Assembly: GCA_034669905.1 (NCBI GenBank) | Contig: JAXMOL010000007.1 | Coordinates: forward strand, 64,001-128,000 | DNA: 64,000 bases | From: Candidatus Hydrogenedentota bacterium | Lineage (GTDB): Bacteria > Hydrogenedentota > Hydrogenedentia > Hydrogenedentales > JAEUWI01 | Direction of reading: 5' to 3' | In this document: one piece after another, positions 49,505-59,664 of the stretch | Position numbering within the stretch: position 1 is the stretch's first letter | Layout: the number at the start of each line of letters is the position of its first letter | Program-made: the position numbers and the translations under genes | The notes under the pieces: generated by a model | What the model saw: only the letters and a program-made list of their open reading frames with translations | Told to the model about the DNA's origin: nothing | Databases searched by the model: none

Positions 49505-51175
49505 TCAGGAAGAAGGTGACGACTCGAAATGTAGGTGGGCCACCGTCTCCAGTAGCTCACTGTCATGGGTGTAGACCAAGACGTTATTGGGTTCCAAGCG
49601 TCCAAACTCGGGGCAGTATTGGGCGTCTTCGCACGAAAGCAGCCCCGCTCCCGAAAATGTAATCGAAAAGCGTCCCGCCGGGTATGCTACCTCAGCGTGA
49701 TCGCGACCAAGCCGTATTATACGGCATCCGGGGTGCAAGTGAAACCTCGTCGCCGTTTTCACGGGCCGACCCGCTTTTACCCTGTCCCGGATGGTGAGGC
49801 CCTGGCTTTTATCCCAGGTGAACGTCCGGTGGTGAACCGGTCGACCGGGAATGCGCCGGTAGCCATCGTGCCACGCGCTCAGGGTGAATCCGTTCGTATG
49901 GGCTTCCCAGGATACATCCCGTGGCTGGCCTCGGCGTGCGACCCGGAATTGTCCCCAGAATTCGCACTGGTCAAGATTTTCAACTTCCACCGTGTTGTGG
50001 GCCCGGGTGCTGCGGCAATATGCGCGCATCGGCCCCGCCTCGTAACCGTGCGTACCGCTATCTACCAGAACCCGGTGGCCCCGTAGGGAGAGTTCGAAGG
50101 ATAGCATGTCGCCGTGGGCGTGGCCGGGCAGGTAGTCGGGCCCTATCGGCGCCGCATCACAAATCAGATAGGTCCCATCCTCGCCCCGCCAGCCATAATA
50201 CCCCGCATCGGCGAGTGCCCACGGGCCGTAGTGCGCCTCTTGCTGGTCAGGTCCCCGGAGGGATTCCAGCTCATTGTAAATGCCAAAGGCGCTATCGTTG
50301 AAGAGTGCTATCTGGCCATCCGGATGACACAAGTGGGTCAGGGCCTGTTCCATCGGCTCCCGGTGGGGGCCCAATAACGCCTTCAGGGTAGGGTCGTCCG
50401 TGTCGCAGAGCAGTTTTACCAGGTAGGTCAATCGGGCGTGATACATGGGAGAGCGCTCGAAGTGCATCCCATCCCCGAGGATCTGCTCCGGAAGCTCGCG
50501 TCGCAGGACGCCGAGCCCTGTGTTCAGCCAGCGTTGGGCGGCGGTTCCCGTAAAGCAACTGCCTGCGAATGCCAACGCGGCTCCATTCTCAAAGAGGTGG
50601 TTTCCCTTGAGGTGTGTCTCCAGGTGTCCTGCGAGCCAATCTGCCTGCAGGGTAGTACTACGCCAGAGTGCGTCCCGGAACTCCTGGTCGTCCAACGTCT
50701 CTTGACGATACTTTCCGAAGCATACACCCGCCCAATTCATCAGGCGCAGCGATGTGGGGTAGGGTTCCCAACCTATCTGGCCCCGGGAAAGGGGGTGTCG
50801 TGCGATCCAATCCAAGATGGCTTGCCGGGCGGCAGGGTAGTCCAATGCCCAGAGCCATTCAAAGTAATGGAGGTTGTATTGCCAGAGCCGGGTTTCCGAG
50901 GGCGCGTTCCAGTCCGAAGGTGGCCAGCCAAGGGTCCCGGTCTGGTTTAGAAAGGTGTAATCACCCCGCAGAATAGCGTCGCCGTCATTGAGCTGGGCCC
51001 CCGGTGGCAGGAACTCGATAGATTCCGGCCATCGGCAGCCACCAAAATCGGGCGTCCCGCGCTGAAAAAATGCGTCGGGACGCTCCCAGTAGGGGCGCAA
51101 TCGGTTTCGCAATTGCGCCGCAATCTGGGTGTATTTCAAGTGGCGGACGGTGTAAAAGGTGCGGGACAGGGACAT
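49505..51175 (-). CDS. Heparinase II/III-like protein (no signal peptide)
   Basis: LWQYNLHYF, WEPYPTSLR, GNHLFEN, HFERSPMYH, GHAHGDMLSFEL, RSTRAHNTV. Confidence 0.88.
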   Translation of the reverse strand: MSLSRTFYTVRHLKYTQIAAQLRNRLRPYWERPDAFFQRGTPDFGGCRWPESIEFLPPGAQLNDGDAILRGDYTFLNQTGTLGWPPSDWNAPSETRLWQYNLHYFEWLWALDYPAARQAILDWIARHPLSRGQIGWEPYPTSLRLMNWAGVCFGKYRQETLDDQEFRDALWRSTTLQADWLAGHLETHLKGNHLFENGAALAFAGSCFTGTAAQRWLNTGLGVLRRELPEQILGDGMHFERSPMYHARLTYLVKLLCDTDDPTLKALLGPHREPMEQALTHLCHPDGQIALFNDSAFGIYNELESLRGPDQQEAHYGPWALADAGYYGWRGEDGTYLICDAAPIGPDYLPGHAHGDMLSFELSLRGHRVLVDSGTHGYEAGPMRAYCRSTRAHNTVEVENLDQCEFWGQFRVARRGQPRDVSWEAHTNGFTLSAWHDGYRRIPGRPVHHRTFTWDKSQGLTIRDRVKAGRPVKTATRFHLHPGCRIIRLGRDHAEVAYPAGRFSITFSGAGLLSCEDAQYCPEFGRLEPNNVLVYTHDSELLETVAHLHFESSPSS

Positions 51176-51184
51176 GGATAGCGG

Positions 51185-53326
51185 CTATAGCGTGATGGTC
51201 GTGCCTTGCCGGGCGGAATCCACCGCAGCAAAGCTGGCTCGGGTGCTATTGCACAACTCGGGGAAGGAGATAAGGGCATCGCCTCCCTTGGCAACCCGTT
51301 CGACAAAGGCGGCCACTTCGGCCTCATGCCCCTTGTCCTGTCGGGAGGTCTTGAATTTCTTAAAGTCCGAAAATCCGAAGCCTCGGGTCAGACGGAAGTT
51401 CTCCATGCGGAGCACGCGCCCGTCGCTGAACACTTCCAGGGTCTCCTTTGGGTAGCTCTTGGACCCGTTGGAGAAATAGTTCACCGTGCCGATGGAACCA
51501 TCTGCAAAGCGCAGGATGATGGTCATCTTGTCCTCCCGCACGGCCGCGCCTTCGCCGATCATCATGGCGGAGACCGTCGTGACCGGGCTGTCCGCAATGG
51601 AGGCGAGCAGGTCGATGAAGTGACATGCCTCTCCGATAATACGACCACCGCCCAATTCGGGATCCTGGGTCCAATGGTCCGGAGGGATGGCCCCACCGTT
51701 TATCGTCATGTTCATACAGAGCGGTTCGCTTCGGCCGGCAAGCAGCGCCTTAATCTTCCTGGTGTGGGGGCTGAAACGACGGTTAAAGCCCACCATGAGC
51801 TGACGCGGTGCTTTGGCGTTGGCCGCCTGGAAGGCCGCCTCGACCGTTGCGAGCTCCTCGGCATTCAGGGCGAGGGGTTTCTCTACGAAGACATGCTTGC
51901 CAGCCTCTAAGGCTTCCACCACGAGGCGCGCGTGAAGGTGGTGTCCCAGCAGGATAAATACGGTGTTTACCGCCGGGTCAGACAGGATGTTCTTGTAATC
52001 AGAGGTGGCTTCCACAATGCCGAATTTCTTGCCCGCGTGACTTGCACTGGCTCCACCTTTACTCGCGATAGAAAGTATGGGGGCCCCGGTCTTCGCGATG
52101 GCGGGCAGCAAGACGCCCTTGGCAAAGCCTCCCGCGCCGATGACACCAATCGCTGCCTGGTCGGCCGCTATGCTGGCCGGTGCGGGCGCAAGGCGGATCG
52201 ACGTGGACGGGTCGGCCGACTCGCCATATTCCAGGATTACGCCAAGGGCTGCGCTGTCGTTCGTTACCTTTTCATAGGCTTCCACGGCGTCCCCAAACGC
52301 GATACGGTCGGTGATGATAGGCTCGATTTGAAGTGCGCCTGAGGCGATTGCGCCGAGAACTGCCTCAAAATTGCGCTGCTCGGTCCAGCGGACAAAGCCA
52401 ATGGGGTAGTCCTGGCCACCCTGCTCATATTTTTCATCATAGCGACCCGGGCCGTAGGAGCAAGATACCTGGAAGCTAAGCTCCTTCCGGTAGAAATCAT
52501 CCCGTCGCAGGTTGAGACCAACCACGCCCACGAGGATGATACGGCCCCGCTTCCGGCAGGCCTCCGCCGCCTGGTGGACAATGGCATCGGTTTTTGCGGA
52601 AGCCGTTATAATGGCACCGTCCACCCCGGTGCCTCCGGTCCAGGCCTCTGCGGCGGCAATCGGGTCGCCACCCGCCCCAATGTTCACCGTCTCCGCCCCG
52701 AAACTTTCGGCCAGTTCCAGCCGTGCCGCACTGAGATCTACCGCGAGCACCTGGCAGCCGCTCGCCCGGAGCAACTGGGTGGTCAACAACCCCAGCAGTC
52801 CCAGGCCAAAAACGATGAACCGTTCACCCAGCGTGGGTTGGGCAAGGCGGACGCCCTGGAGTGCGATACTTCCCATGACCGTAAAGGCGGCGTGCTCGTC
52901 TGAGACGTCATCGGGAATCTTGGCACAGAGGTTACGCGGGACGCAGGCGATTTCCGCGTGGGGTCCATTGCTGGCAACCCGGTCGCCCACCTGAATATCG
53001 TGAACGCCCGCGCCCACGGCCAATACGACGCCCGAGTTGCAATAGCCCAGGGGAAGGGGTTCATCGAGCTTGCGAAACACGGCCTCCAGCGTGGGGGCCA
53101 GGCCATCGGTCTTCATCTTGTCCAGTACCTGTTTGACCTTGTCGGGCTGCTTGCGCGCTTTCTGCAGGAGGTTGGCCTGACTGAATTCGACCAGCATACG
53201 CTCCGTGCCCGCCGAGATGAGCGAGGTCCGTGTCTGAATCAAGACCTGACCCCGACCCACCTGGGGGCAGGGGATTTCGGCCAATTCCATTTCACCAGTA
53301 CGAAGATGCTGCAAAATCTGTTTCAT
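51185..53326 (-). CDS. Bi-domain oxidoreductase (zinc-binding-dehydrogenase-like + Gfo/Idh/MocA)
   Basis: ISAGTE, PLGYC, GLGLLG, SCSYGPGRYD, RWTEQRN; GAGGF, VEKPL, GFNRRFSP, GEACHFID. Confidence 0.9.
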   Translation of the reverse strand: MKQILQHLRTGEMELAEIPCPQVGRGQVLIQTRTSLISAGTERMLVEFSQANLLQKARKQPDKVKQVLDKMKTDGLAPTLEAVFRKLDEPLPLGYCNSGVVLAVGAGVHDIQVGDRVASNGPHAEIACVPRNLCAKIPDDVSDEHAAFTVMGSIALQGVRLAQPTLGERFIVFGLGLLGLLTTQLLRASGCQVLAVDLSAARLELAESFGAETVNIGAGGDPIAAAEAWTGGTGVDGAIITASAKTDAIVHQAAEACRKRGRIILVGVVGLNLRRDDFYRKELSFQVSCSYGPGRYDEKYEQGGQDYPIGFVRWTEQRNFEAVLGAIASGALQIEPIITDRIAFGDAVEAYEKVTNDSAALGVILEYGESADPSTSIRLAPAPASIAADQAAIGVIGAGGFAKGVLLPAIAKTGAPILSIASKGGASASHAGKKFGIVEATSDYKNILSDPAVNTVFILLGHHLHARLVVEALEAGKHVFVEKPLALNAEELATVEAAFQAANAKAPRQLMVGFNRRFSPHTRKIKALLAGRSEPLCMNMTINGGAIPPDHWTQDPELGGGRIIGEACHFIDLLASIADSPVTTVSAMMIGEGAAVREDKMTIILRFADGSIGTVNYFSNGSKSYPKETLEVFSDGRVLRMENFRLTRGFGFSDFKKFKTSRQDKGHEAEVAAFVERVAKGGDALISFPELCNSTRASFAAVDSARQGTTITL

Positions 53327-53398
53327 GAATCGATGCTTCCCAAAAGTGTGTGTTCTATCTGATGCCGGCCAACGATAGGTATCGCGGGGCTGTCGTAA

Positions 53399-54859
53399 TT
53401 ATTCTGCGGGCAGTGCGTTCTCAAGGAGTACGCTACCCATGCGTTGCGCCACCAGGCGATTGCCTTCCTCAGCGATGTGGCAGAAATCGATATAGACCGA
53501 TTCCTGGCGTGCAGCGAGTGCATCTGAGATATCGTGAAAATGGGCGATGTCCCGTGTGCGAATTTCGAAATACACACGGTCATAGAGATAGCCCAGGGAC
53601 TTATCTCTGAATCGGACCGCCGTGGCCTCTTCTTCACTCAAATGAGATTCGGTAAAGAGCACCGGCTGCCAAAAGAGCTGGTAGTCAAAGCCATATACCT
53701 GAGACAAGCCCTCCAGCAAGGCCGCGGAAGCAACGTAGTAGTCTACGATACCGAGTGCCAAGGTATCGAGTCGCTCCCGGTCGATGGTGGCCCCCGCCTC
53801 GGTGAACCGGGCCGCGGGCAGGTCTCCCGTATGTTCCTGCTGCAGCGCGGAGCCTTCGGTATCCCCGAAGAATGACTGGAAAACGGGAGGGATTTCTGAA
53901 ACCAGTTGATAGAGGTGACAATGTGCTTCGAGAAGGCCCGTGACGGCCAGATAGAGATCTTCCCGCAGCGAATGGGTTGGCGGGTTCAGATCGGTCAGGA
54001 GCTTACGAAATACCCGGTAGCGGATATCCGTGCCTGGAATGCCGGTCTTGTAAGCCGCATACACTTCGTTCACTCCATCATAGAAGACAACGGTATCCGG
54101 CCGATGGCCTTCCCGTAGCAGCATCAAAAGACGGACAAATTCCTGGGTCATCGTATACCCCGTCTCGCCATAATTGGAGACCAACACGGGGTGGCCTGCC
54201 TCCGAAAGGGTCCGGGAGAGATAGGAAGGGATGGTGTGTTCATCCCGCGCCCCCGTACCCCAGGCAGTAGAGCCCCCCAGGAAGTACAGGGAGGAAGGCG
54301 TCGGGGGCTCGGCCAGTCCTGTGGGGTTCCAGGATTTCCGGACGCCGTCGGCGCTGATGTTGATGTGTTTGCCCTCAAAGGCACCACGCCGCCACAAGTA
54401 ATAGGACTCGTAATACTGACGACGGCAGGCCGCTTCCTCTTCGAAAAGAGGGATGGCCCAGGGCTTGTCATCGTAGGGTGAACGTAGCAATCGCGGGTCC
54501 AGGGTTTCTTTGCGTTCCGCTTCCGCGGTCAGGCGCTCCGCGACGGTCCCCAGCAGCGCCACGGAAAGCTCGCAGAGTGACACCATGATGAGGAGGAGGA
54601 TGGCACTGAACAGGATGTGTTTGCGCCCTGATGCGGTGCCCCCTTTCCGGAAGAAGGTCACCGCGAAAAAGAGCAGCCCCGCCTGGAAGCACCAGATGAA
54701 GCACCGCGCCGCGAATTCATCCACGTTGCCTGTGGGGGAAAAGAGGGCGCCGATAAGCCAGTGGTTACACAGGAGTGCCATCGCGACCAGGAAAGCAGCA
54801 ACGGGCACATTGGCCCGCGACTCCAGCGGCGATTCAGTCTGTGTAGAAGAAGCTGACAT
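53399..54859 (-). CDS. Membrane-anchored SGNH/GDSL-family protein (putative polysaccharide acyl transferase/esterase)
   Basis: N-terminal TMs; LGGSTAWG, NYGETGY, YDGVNE, DFCH..EEGN. Start could instead be TTG 54889. Confidence 0.8.
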   Translation of the reverse strand: MSASSTQTESPLESRANVPVAAFLVAMALLCNHWLIGALFSPTGNVDEFAARCFIWCFQAGLLFFAVTFFRKGGTASGRKHILFSAILLLIMVSLCELSVALLGTVAERLTAEAERKETLDPRLLRSPYDDKPWAIPLFEEEAACRRQYYESYYLWRRGAFEGKHINISADGVRKSWNPTGLAEPPTPSSLYFLGGSTAWGTGARDEHTIPSYLSRTLSEAGHPVLVSNYGETGYTMTQEFVRLLMLLREGHRPDTVVFYDGVNEVYAAYKTGIPGTDIRYRVFRKLLTDLNPPTHSLREDLYLAVTGLLEAHCHLYQLVSEIPPVFQSFFGDTEGSALQQEHTGDLPAARFTEAGATIDRERLDTLALGIVDYYVASAALLEGLSQVYGFDYQLFWQPVLFTESHLSEEEATAVRFRDKSLGYLYDRVYFEIRTRDIAHFHDISDALAARQESVYIDFCHIAEEGNRLVAQRMGSVLLENALPAE

Positions 54860-54885
54860 GGAATCCCTAAGCGACGTGACTGTAC

Positions 54886-56064
54886 TCAATCACGCGGTGT
54901 GGCAACGGTGTCAAGGTCGGACAGGACGACCGCCGCGATGTCTTCCCACGAACGCACGTTGTGTTCTATGCGCTTTTTGCCAGCCGAGACGAGGTCCTGG
55001 CGGAGCGCGTCATTCGATTTCAAGCGCAATATGGTGTCCCGCATCGAATCGAGATTCCACGGGTCGCAATAGAGTGCAGCATCGCCACACACGGCATGCG
55101 CAAAGTCCAGGTCACTGGTGATTACGGGCAAATCGGATGCCATGGCTTCCAGATAGGGGATGCCAAAGGTTTCGAGCAGAGTTGGCATCAACAAGGCGTC
55201 GCTGTGATGATAATAGTTCTTGACGTCTGCATGGGGGACAGGCCCGAGATTCACGATGTGATTTTCTAAGCCGAGTGCCGAGATTCGCTCAAGAAGGCGG
55301 GCGGCGTTCGGGTGCTGATCGGCCGCGATGGTCAAGAACACCACGACGCCATCCAGCGCTTCCCGATATCGCTCAAATAACGCGACGATGCCTTCTAGAT
55401 TCTTATGGGGATAGTAGCGCGTGAGGTAGAGCAGCTTGAAAGAATCGCGGTACGTGGCAAAGGTGTCGGGTTCCGGGGGGGCTACCGGCGATTGGAAAAT
55501 AGAAGGGGATATGGATGTGCCGCACACGGAGATACGACCGTTGTATCCAAGTACATCACGTAAGCGCCGGGCGACTACCTCGGTCTGGCAGAGCAAGAGC
55601 TGGGTCGATGCCAATTGGCGCTTGAAACGATACTTGACGTAGAACGCCCGCAGCCTGTTCTTGAGCCGTAAGGGGCCGAAATGTTTCGGGGGATAGACCA
55701 GCTGAGGCTGATGCACAAAAACCGCCTGGGGGCAGGGCGGATGGGTAAGGCCCAGGTTGCCCAGCGCAAGCAGAATGTCCGGCGCGAAACGGGCAATCAA
55801 CTTGGGAAGGTGATGGCGGTCAAACCAGATGCGTTGGACGTTACCCGTTGTCTGATAGGAATGCACTTCCGCATTGGGTGCTTGCGCACAAACCGCTTCG
55901 TAGCCCACGCCAACTGGGATCAAAAAGGCAAAGTGATGCTGAGGAGCCTGGTGAATCAGAGACTGGATCAGGTTCAGGCCCACGTTCAGGCCCCCAGCGG
56001 TCCGCAGACCATGGGCGAGAACGAATATCCGCATGGGAGACTGGGTCGAATCTGCCTTCGTCAT
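54886..56064 (-). CDS. GT4 glycosyltransferase
   Basis: YPHKN, PTLLETFGIPYLEAM, SDLDFA. Confidence 0.9.
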   Translation of the reverse strand: MTKADSTQSPMRIFVLAHGLRTAGGLNVGLNLIQSLIHQAPQHHFAFLIPVGVGYEAVCAQAPNAEVHSYQTTGNVQRIWFDRHHLPKLIARFAPDILLALGNLGLTHPPCPQAVFVHQPQLVYPPKHFGPLRLKNRLRAFYVKYRFKRQLASTQLLLCQTEVVARRLRDVLGYNGRISVCGTSISPSIFQSPVAPPEPDTFATYRDSFKLLYLTRYYPHKNLEGIVALFERYREALDGVVVFLTIAADQHPNAARLLERISALGLENHIVNLGPVPHADVKNYYHHSDALLMPTLLETFGIPYLEAMASDLPVITSDLDFAHAVCGDAALYCDPWNLDSMRDTILRLKSNDALRQDLVSAGKKRIEHNVRSWEDIAAVVLSDLDTVATPRD

Positions 56065-57257
56065 GGCGTGGGGCTTTCATTGCTCGAGACCACGTTTAGA
56101 ACACAATGCTCGATTTGCGAAACCATGTGTTCCATCAGAAACCGTTCGTTGAGCCGCGCAAAGCCGGCTTCGCCAAGAGATTTTCCCCGGTCCGCCATGT
56201 TGCGCAACCTGTCCAGCCCCGCACGAATCGCCGACACGGAACCATCCTGAAGGCGAATTCCCGTTTCTCCATCCACCACCAGATCAAACTCGGTCCCGTC
56301 GGCCTGATGCACAACCACGGGAAGGCTCCAGGCCATGGCCTCGGAGATAACCATTCCGCCGCGCCCGGGCATCAGCATGGCATCGGAAGCTCGGAAATAA
56401 AGTGGCAGCGCTTCACTCACCCGACCCGGAAGATAGACATTTTCGAGATTTTCCGCGGCGACCCGCTCACGAAGGGAGTCCAGCATCCCGCCTGCTCCCA
56501 GCAGGACCATGTTGTAGTCGTCGGGTCCACTTTCCCGTGCCACATCGAGCAGGGCGTCCGGGCGTTTGTTGGCGTCCATGGCACCGGCATACAGCACCGT
56601 GAAGCGGTTGGGGAGGCCGAGTTGCTCTCGGGCCTCGGCAGGACTCAGGCTAAGCGATGCCGCCGACGCCATGTGGGCGTGGGTATCGGCCACATTGGTC
56701 GCGATGGAAATCTTCGATGCGTCATGACCCAAGGCCACGAGGCACTCTTTTCCATAGCTGGAATAGACGAGGAAGCCATCAAAGGGCCTTTGGAGTAAGC
56801 GCTTGATACGGCCGGTAGTGCCTGATGGGCGGACCGGCACGCCAGGCAGGCCACCCAGTGACCAATGGATCAGTTTCGTCGAGCGGTGGGAACGCCGGTA
56901 CCAGATTGCCTGAAGATAATTGAGTAGATTGCTCTCGCCCTCGCAGAGGATGACATCTGGATCGAAGTGATCCAGTTCTTTGCGTAATCCCCGATGCCAG
57001 GGCATGGCATGACCCCGTACAGGTATGAATCGGGTTGGGCACTTGACATGATCGATGCCACGGAGGTCAGCCGTGCTACGTACTTTGGTCGCCGGCACGT
57101 CATCCCCCAGGAAAAGGCGAACCTGAAAGCCGGGGAGGGCGGCCAGTTTCATGAACAGGCCGAGCCGATAGCCGGTGCAGACGCGCTGCAAAATGGCCAG
57201 CCGAATGGGAGGAGGAGCGTTGTTCGTTACTTCTTGACCTGTATTCTGAAGCGTCAT
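56061..57257 (-). CDS. GT4 glycosyltransferase
   Basis: YR..LF, YAGAM...KR, PGRGGMVISEAMAWSLPV. Confidence 0.88.
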   Translation of the reverse strand: MTLQNTGQEVTNNAPPPIRLAILQRVCTGYRLGLFMKLAALPGFQVRLFLGDDVPATKVRSTADLRGIDHVKCPTRFIPVRGHAMPWHRGLRKELDHFDPDVILCEGESNLLNYLQAIWYRRSHRSTKLIHWSLGGLPGVPVRPSGTTGRIKRLLQRPFDGFLVYSSYGKECLVALGHDASKISIATNVADTHAHMASAASLSLSPAEAREQLGLPNRFTVLYAGAMDANKRPDALLDVARESGPDDYNMVLLGAGGMLDSLRERVAAENLENVYLPGRVSEALPLYFRASDAMLMPGRGGMVISEAMAWSLPVVVHQADGTEFDLVVDGETGIRLQDGSVSAIRAGLDRLRNMADRGKSLGEAGFARLNERFLMEHMVSQIEHCVLNVVSSNESPTP

Positions 57258-57346
57258 CGCCGCCTCCTGTTCTTCGCATCAAGGCGTCGTATCATTCATC
57301 CGCACACCCTACCTTGATATATGCACCTCACCAACCCTTGTTCGGG

Positions 57347-58087
57347 CTATTTCTTCTTCCCGACGACCAACGCCGCACCGCTTGTCAGAGACGGCCACAG
57401 GTTGTGCAGACGCCCGAATTTACCAAAGCCCTCGGTGTGGGTAGGCTCGATTCCGTGCATGCGATACAGCCGTTCAATGGTGCCAAAGGTGAGGTAGTGG
57501 AGGTGGCCGGCATCATACATCTCCCCGGGGCGCACGGCGAATCCTTCGTCACCCGCCGCCGTGCCGGGAAACTTTCCACACAGCAGGGCGATCCGATAGC
57601 GGATATAGGCAAGGTTGGGGGTGGAGGTAATAAGGGTGCCATCTTTTGCCAACAGACGGGAAATTTCGCGCATGGTGGCGAACAAGTCCACCACATGTTC
57701 GATGACGTCCGCCCAGAGAATAACGTCGTAGGTCCCGTCGGGGATATCTACGCCTTCCTCCAGATTGCCATGGAAAATCGAAACGGGCTTCCCGATATCC
57801 GCAAGGTTTTTACGCGCGGTCTCACAGCGGTTGGGAGAAATTTCCATGCCATTCAGGGCATCGCAGCGGTCGGCAATGTGATGGAGCACAACGCCATTTC
57901 CGCACCCGATTTCTAACACGTTCTTGGCGTGTTCGGGCATGCAGTGCACGAGCGCTTCCCAACGATTGCGAGGCCACCCATCCAGATTGAGCTTCTGAAT
58001 ACCCGTCGCTTCCTCTGCGTACAACGCGTCGTAGGAATCCTGCAGTCGGCTGCTTTGGGTCGTTGCGTTACTTTCCGAATCGGTCAT
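57347..58087 (-). CDS. Class I SAM-dependent methyltransferase
   Basis: VLEIGCGNG, DVIEH, STPN, GHLHY. Confidence 0.9.
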   Translation of the reverse strand: MTDSESNATTQSSRLQDSYDALYAEEATGIQKLNLDGWPRNRWEALVHCMPEHAKNVLEIGCGNGVVLHHIADRCDALNGMEISPNRCETARKNLADIGKPVSIFHGNLEEGVDIPDGTYDVILWADVIEHVVDLFATMREISRLLAKDGTLITSTPNLAYIRYRIALLCGKFPGTAAGDEGFAVRPGEMYDAGHLHYLTFGTIERLYRMHGIEPTHTEGFGKFGRLHNLWPSLTSGAALVVGKKK

Positions 58088-58165
58088 CCGTAGTATCCTG
58101 TCTGCTCAACATGCATTCGTGAAAAGCCATTCACCGCCATGTTTTTGATGGTTTATAGGGGCCGC

Positions 58166-59635
58166 TCAGCCCTGCGTTGTGTCCCCAGACAGATCGCGGC
58201 TACGTTCAATGTCTGGAAACTCAGGATGCGGGGCTGAAGCGTGTGCTGTCTTTTGAGGGGGAGTACGTGCAGTCTTCCCACGTAAATAGCCTGCAGCAAT
58301 CCTGATTATCACATAGTACACAATCAAATTCAATACGGGATTGGTAAATGCGCCCCGCGCAAGATGAAACATCATCGCAAATGCGATGGCCATGAGCAGC
58401 ATGGATTCCACGGTGTTTCGGCGATCCAGGCGCCCCAGAAAATGGCCAAAAACAAACATGCCCAAGACGCCCCACATGCCAAAATTGACATACAGGTCGC
58501 CGATGATTCCTACCGGGGTCGTCTGGACCGATTTGGCATCCGGATCTATCCATTGGGCGATTATCCGTTGGGAATTCAAGGGTTTGTCTGGCCAGATCGA
58601 ACGCGGGATCGGGGTGAGGAGCAGGCGGTAATAGGATTGGCCATAGAGGTAGTCATAATGTTCCGGCACCACCTCCAGCACACGAAAAACCCATTTGGAA
58701 TAGCCCAGTTCCCCGCCGCCCTCAAAGGCAAAGAGAATGCTGCCAACCACATCAATCTGAATGTCGGCAAGAGATTCTGCATCCTGGAACTGGCCACGAA
58801 AGGTGCGCAGGACCATCATACCGAGAAGAAGACTCGCCGCGAGCCCCAGAAGTAGGCCTTTTTGTATGAGGCTCAGGCGCTTGCGACGGGTGGTCTGCCG
58901 GGCGTTGATCTCGATTCGGGGGGCAATGAGAAACCACCCCACCAGGAGCGCAATGCCGTGAATCACCGGAAAGGTTCGCACGCGGAACGCCAGGAACAGA
59001 AAGAGTTCCAGGAAGATTATCACCGGTACCCAGAACATGGCCCGATAGCGTTGCTGCCGCATATGGACCGCGGCCAGTGGATACAACAGGGTGCCAAAGC
59101 CGAACAGCAGCACTGCCACGGTCGTCAGCGTGCCGACGCTCTCCTTCATGTCGACGCGGCTCTGGGAGCGAATCACCGACAGGGTTCCAGCGTCGACGAT
59201 GACCAGCAAGACCGCGCCGATGTTCAGGAAGAGGAGGAGAGTGAGGAGCGTAAACAGACGATTTGAGGACGTCTTGAAACGGACATTCCACTGGCGCCGC
59301 GCGATGGGGGGGGCCGCAGACTCATAGCCGAGTATGAGCAGATGAATGCCCCCGATGGCCAGGAAGCAATACCGGGCAATATCTTCGTCGGAAGCGTTCA
59401 ACTCCAGTCCCAGTAACGGGGCAACGAGGGGATATAATAAGAACAGGCCGATGTAGGGCAGCCCAACCCACGTGAAGAGGCTCGGAAACTTGGCGACTCG
59501 AAATATATGCCACGTGGTGACCACTATCGAAAGAAAGTACAGGTAGGGTGCAAGCGCCAGGGCATCGGGCTGAAACTGCCAGACTACCAGGCTTGCGAAG
59601 ACCAGAAAGAGACTCGGTGCGCTGCGAAACGGCAT
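58166..59635 (-). CDS. wzy: O-antigen/oligosaccharide repeat-unit polymerase
   Basis: About 10-11 TMs; YLYGQSY..L..PIPRSIWPDKP, PVGIIGDLYVNFG. Confidence 0.8.
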   Translation of the reverse strand: MPFRSAPSLFLVFASLVVWQFQPDALALAPYLYFLSIVVTTWHIFRVAKFPSLFTWVGLPYIGLFLLYPLVAPLLGLELNASDEDIARYCFLAIGGIHLLILGYESAAPPIARRQWNVRFKTSSNRLFTLLTLLLFLNIGAVLLVIVDAGTLSVIRSQSRVDMKESVGTLTTVAVLLFGFGTLLYPLAAVHMRQQRYRAMFWVPVIIFLELFLFLAFRVRTFPVIHGIALLVGWFLIAPRIEINARQTTRRKRLSLIQKGLLLGLAASLLLGMMVLRTFRGQFQDAESLADIQIDVVGSILFAFEGGGELGYSKWVFRVLEVVPEHYDYLYGQSYYRLLLTPIPRSIWPDKPLNSQRIIAQWIDPDAKSVQTTPVGIIGDLYVNFGMWGVLGMFVFGHFLGRLDRRNTVESMLLMAIAFAMMFHLARGAFTNPVLNLIVYYVIIRIAAGYLRGKTARTPPQKTAHASAPHPEFPDIERSRDLSGDTTQG

Positions 59636-59664
59636 GGGGCGACGTTTTGTGGGCACAGTCTTAT

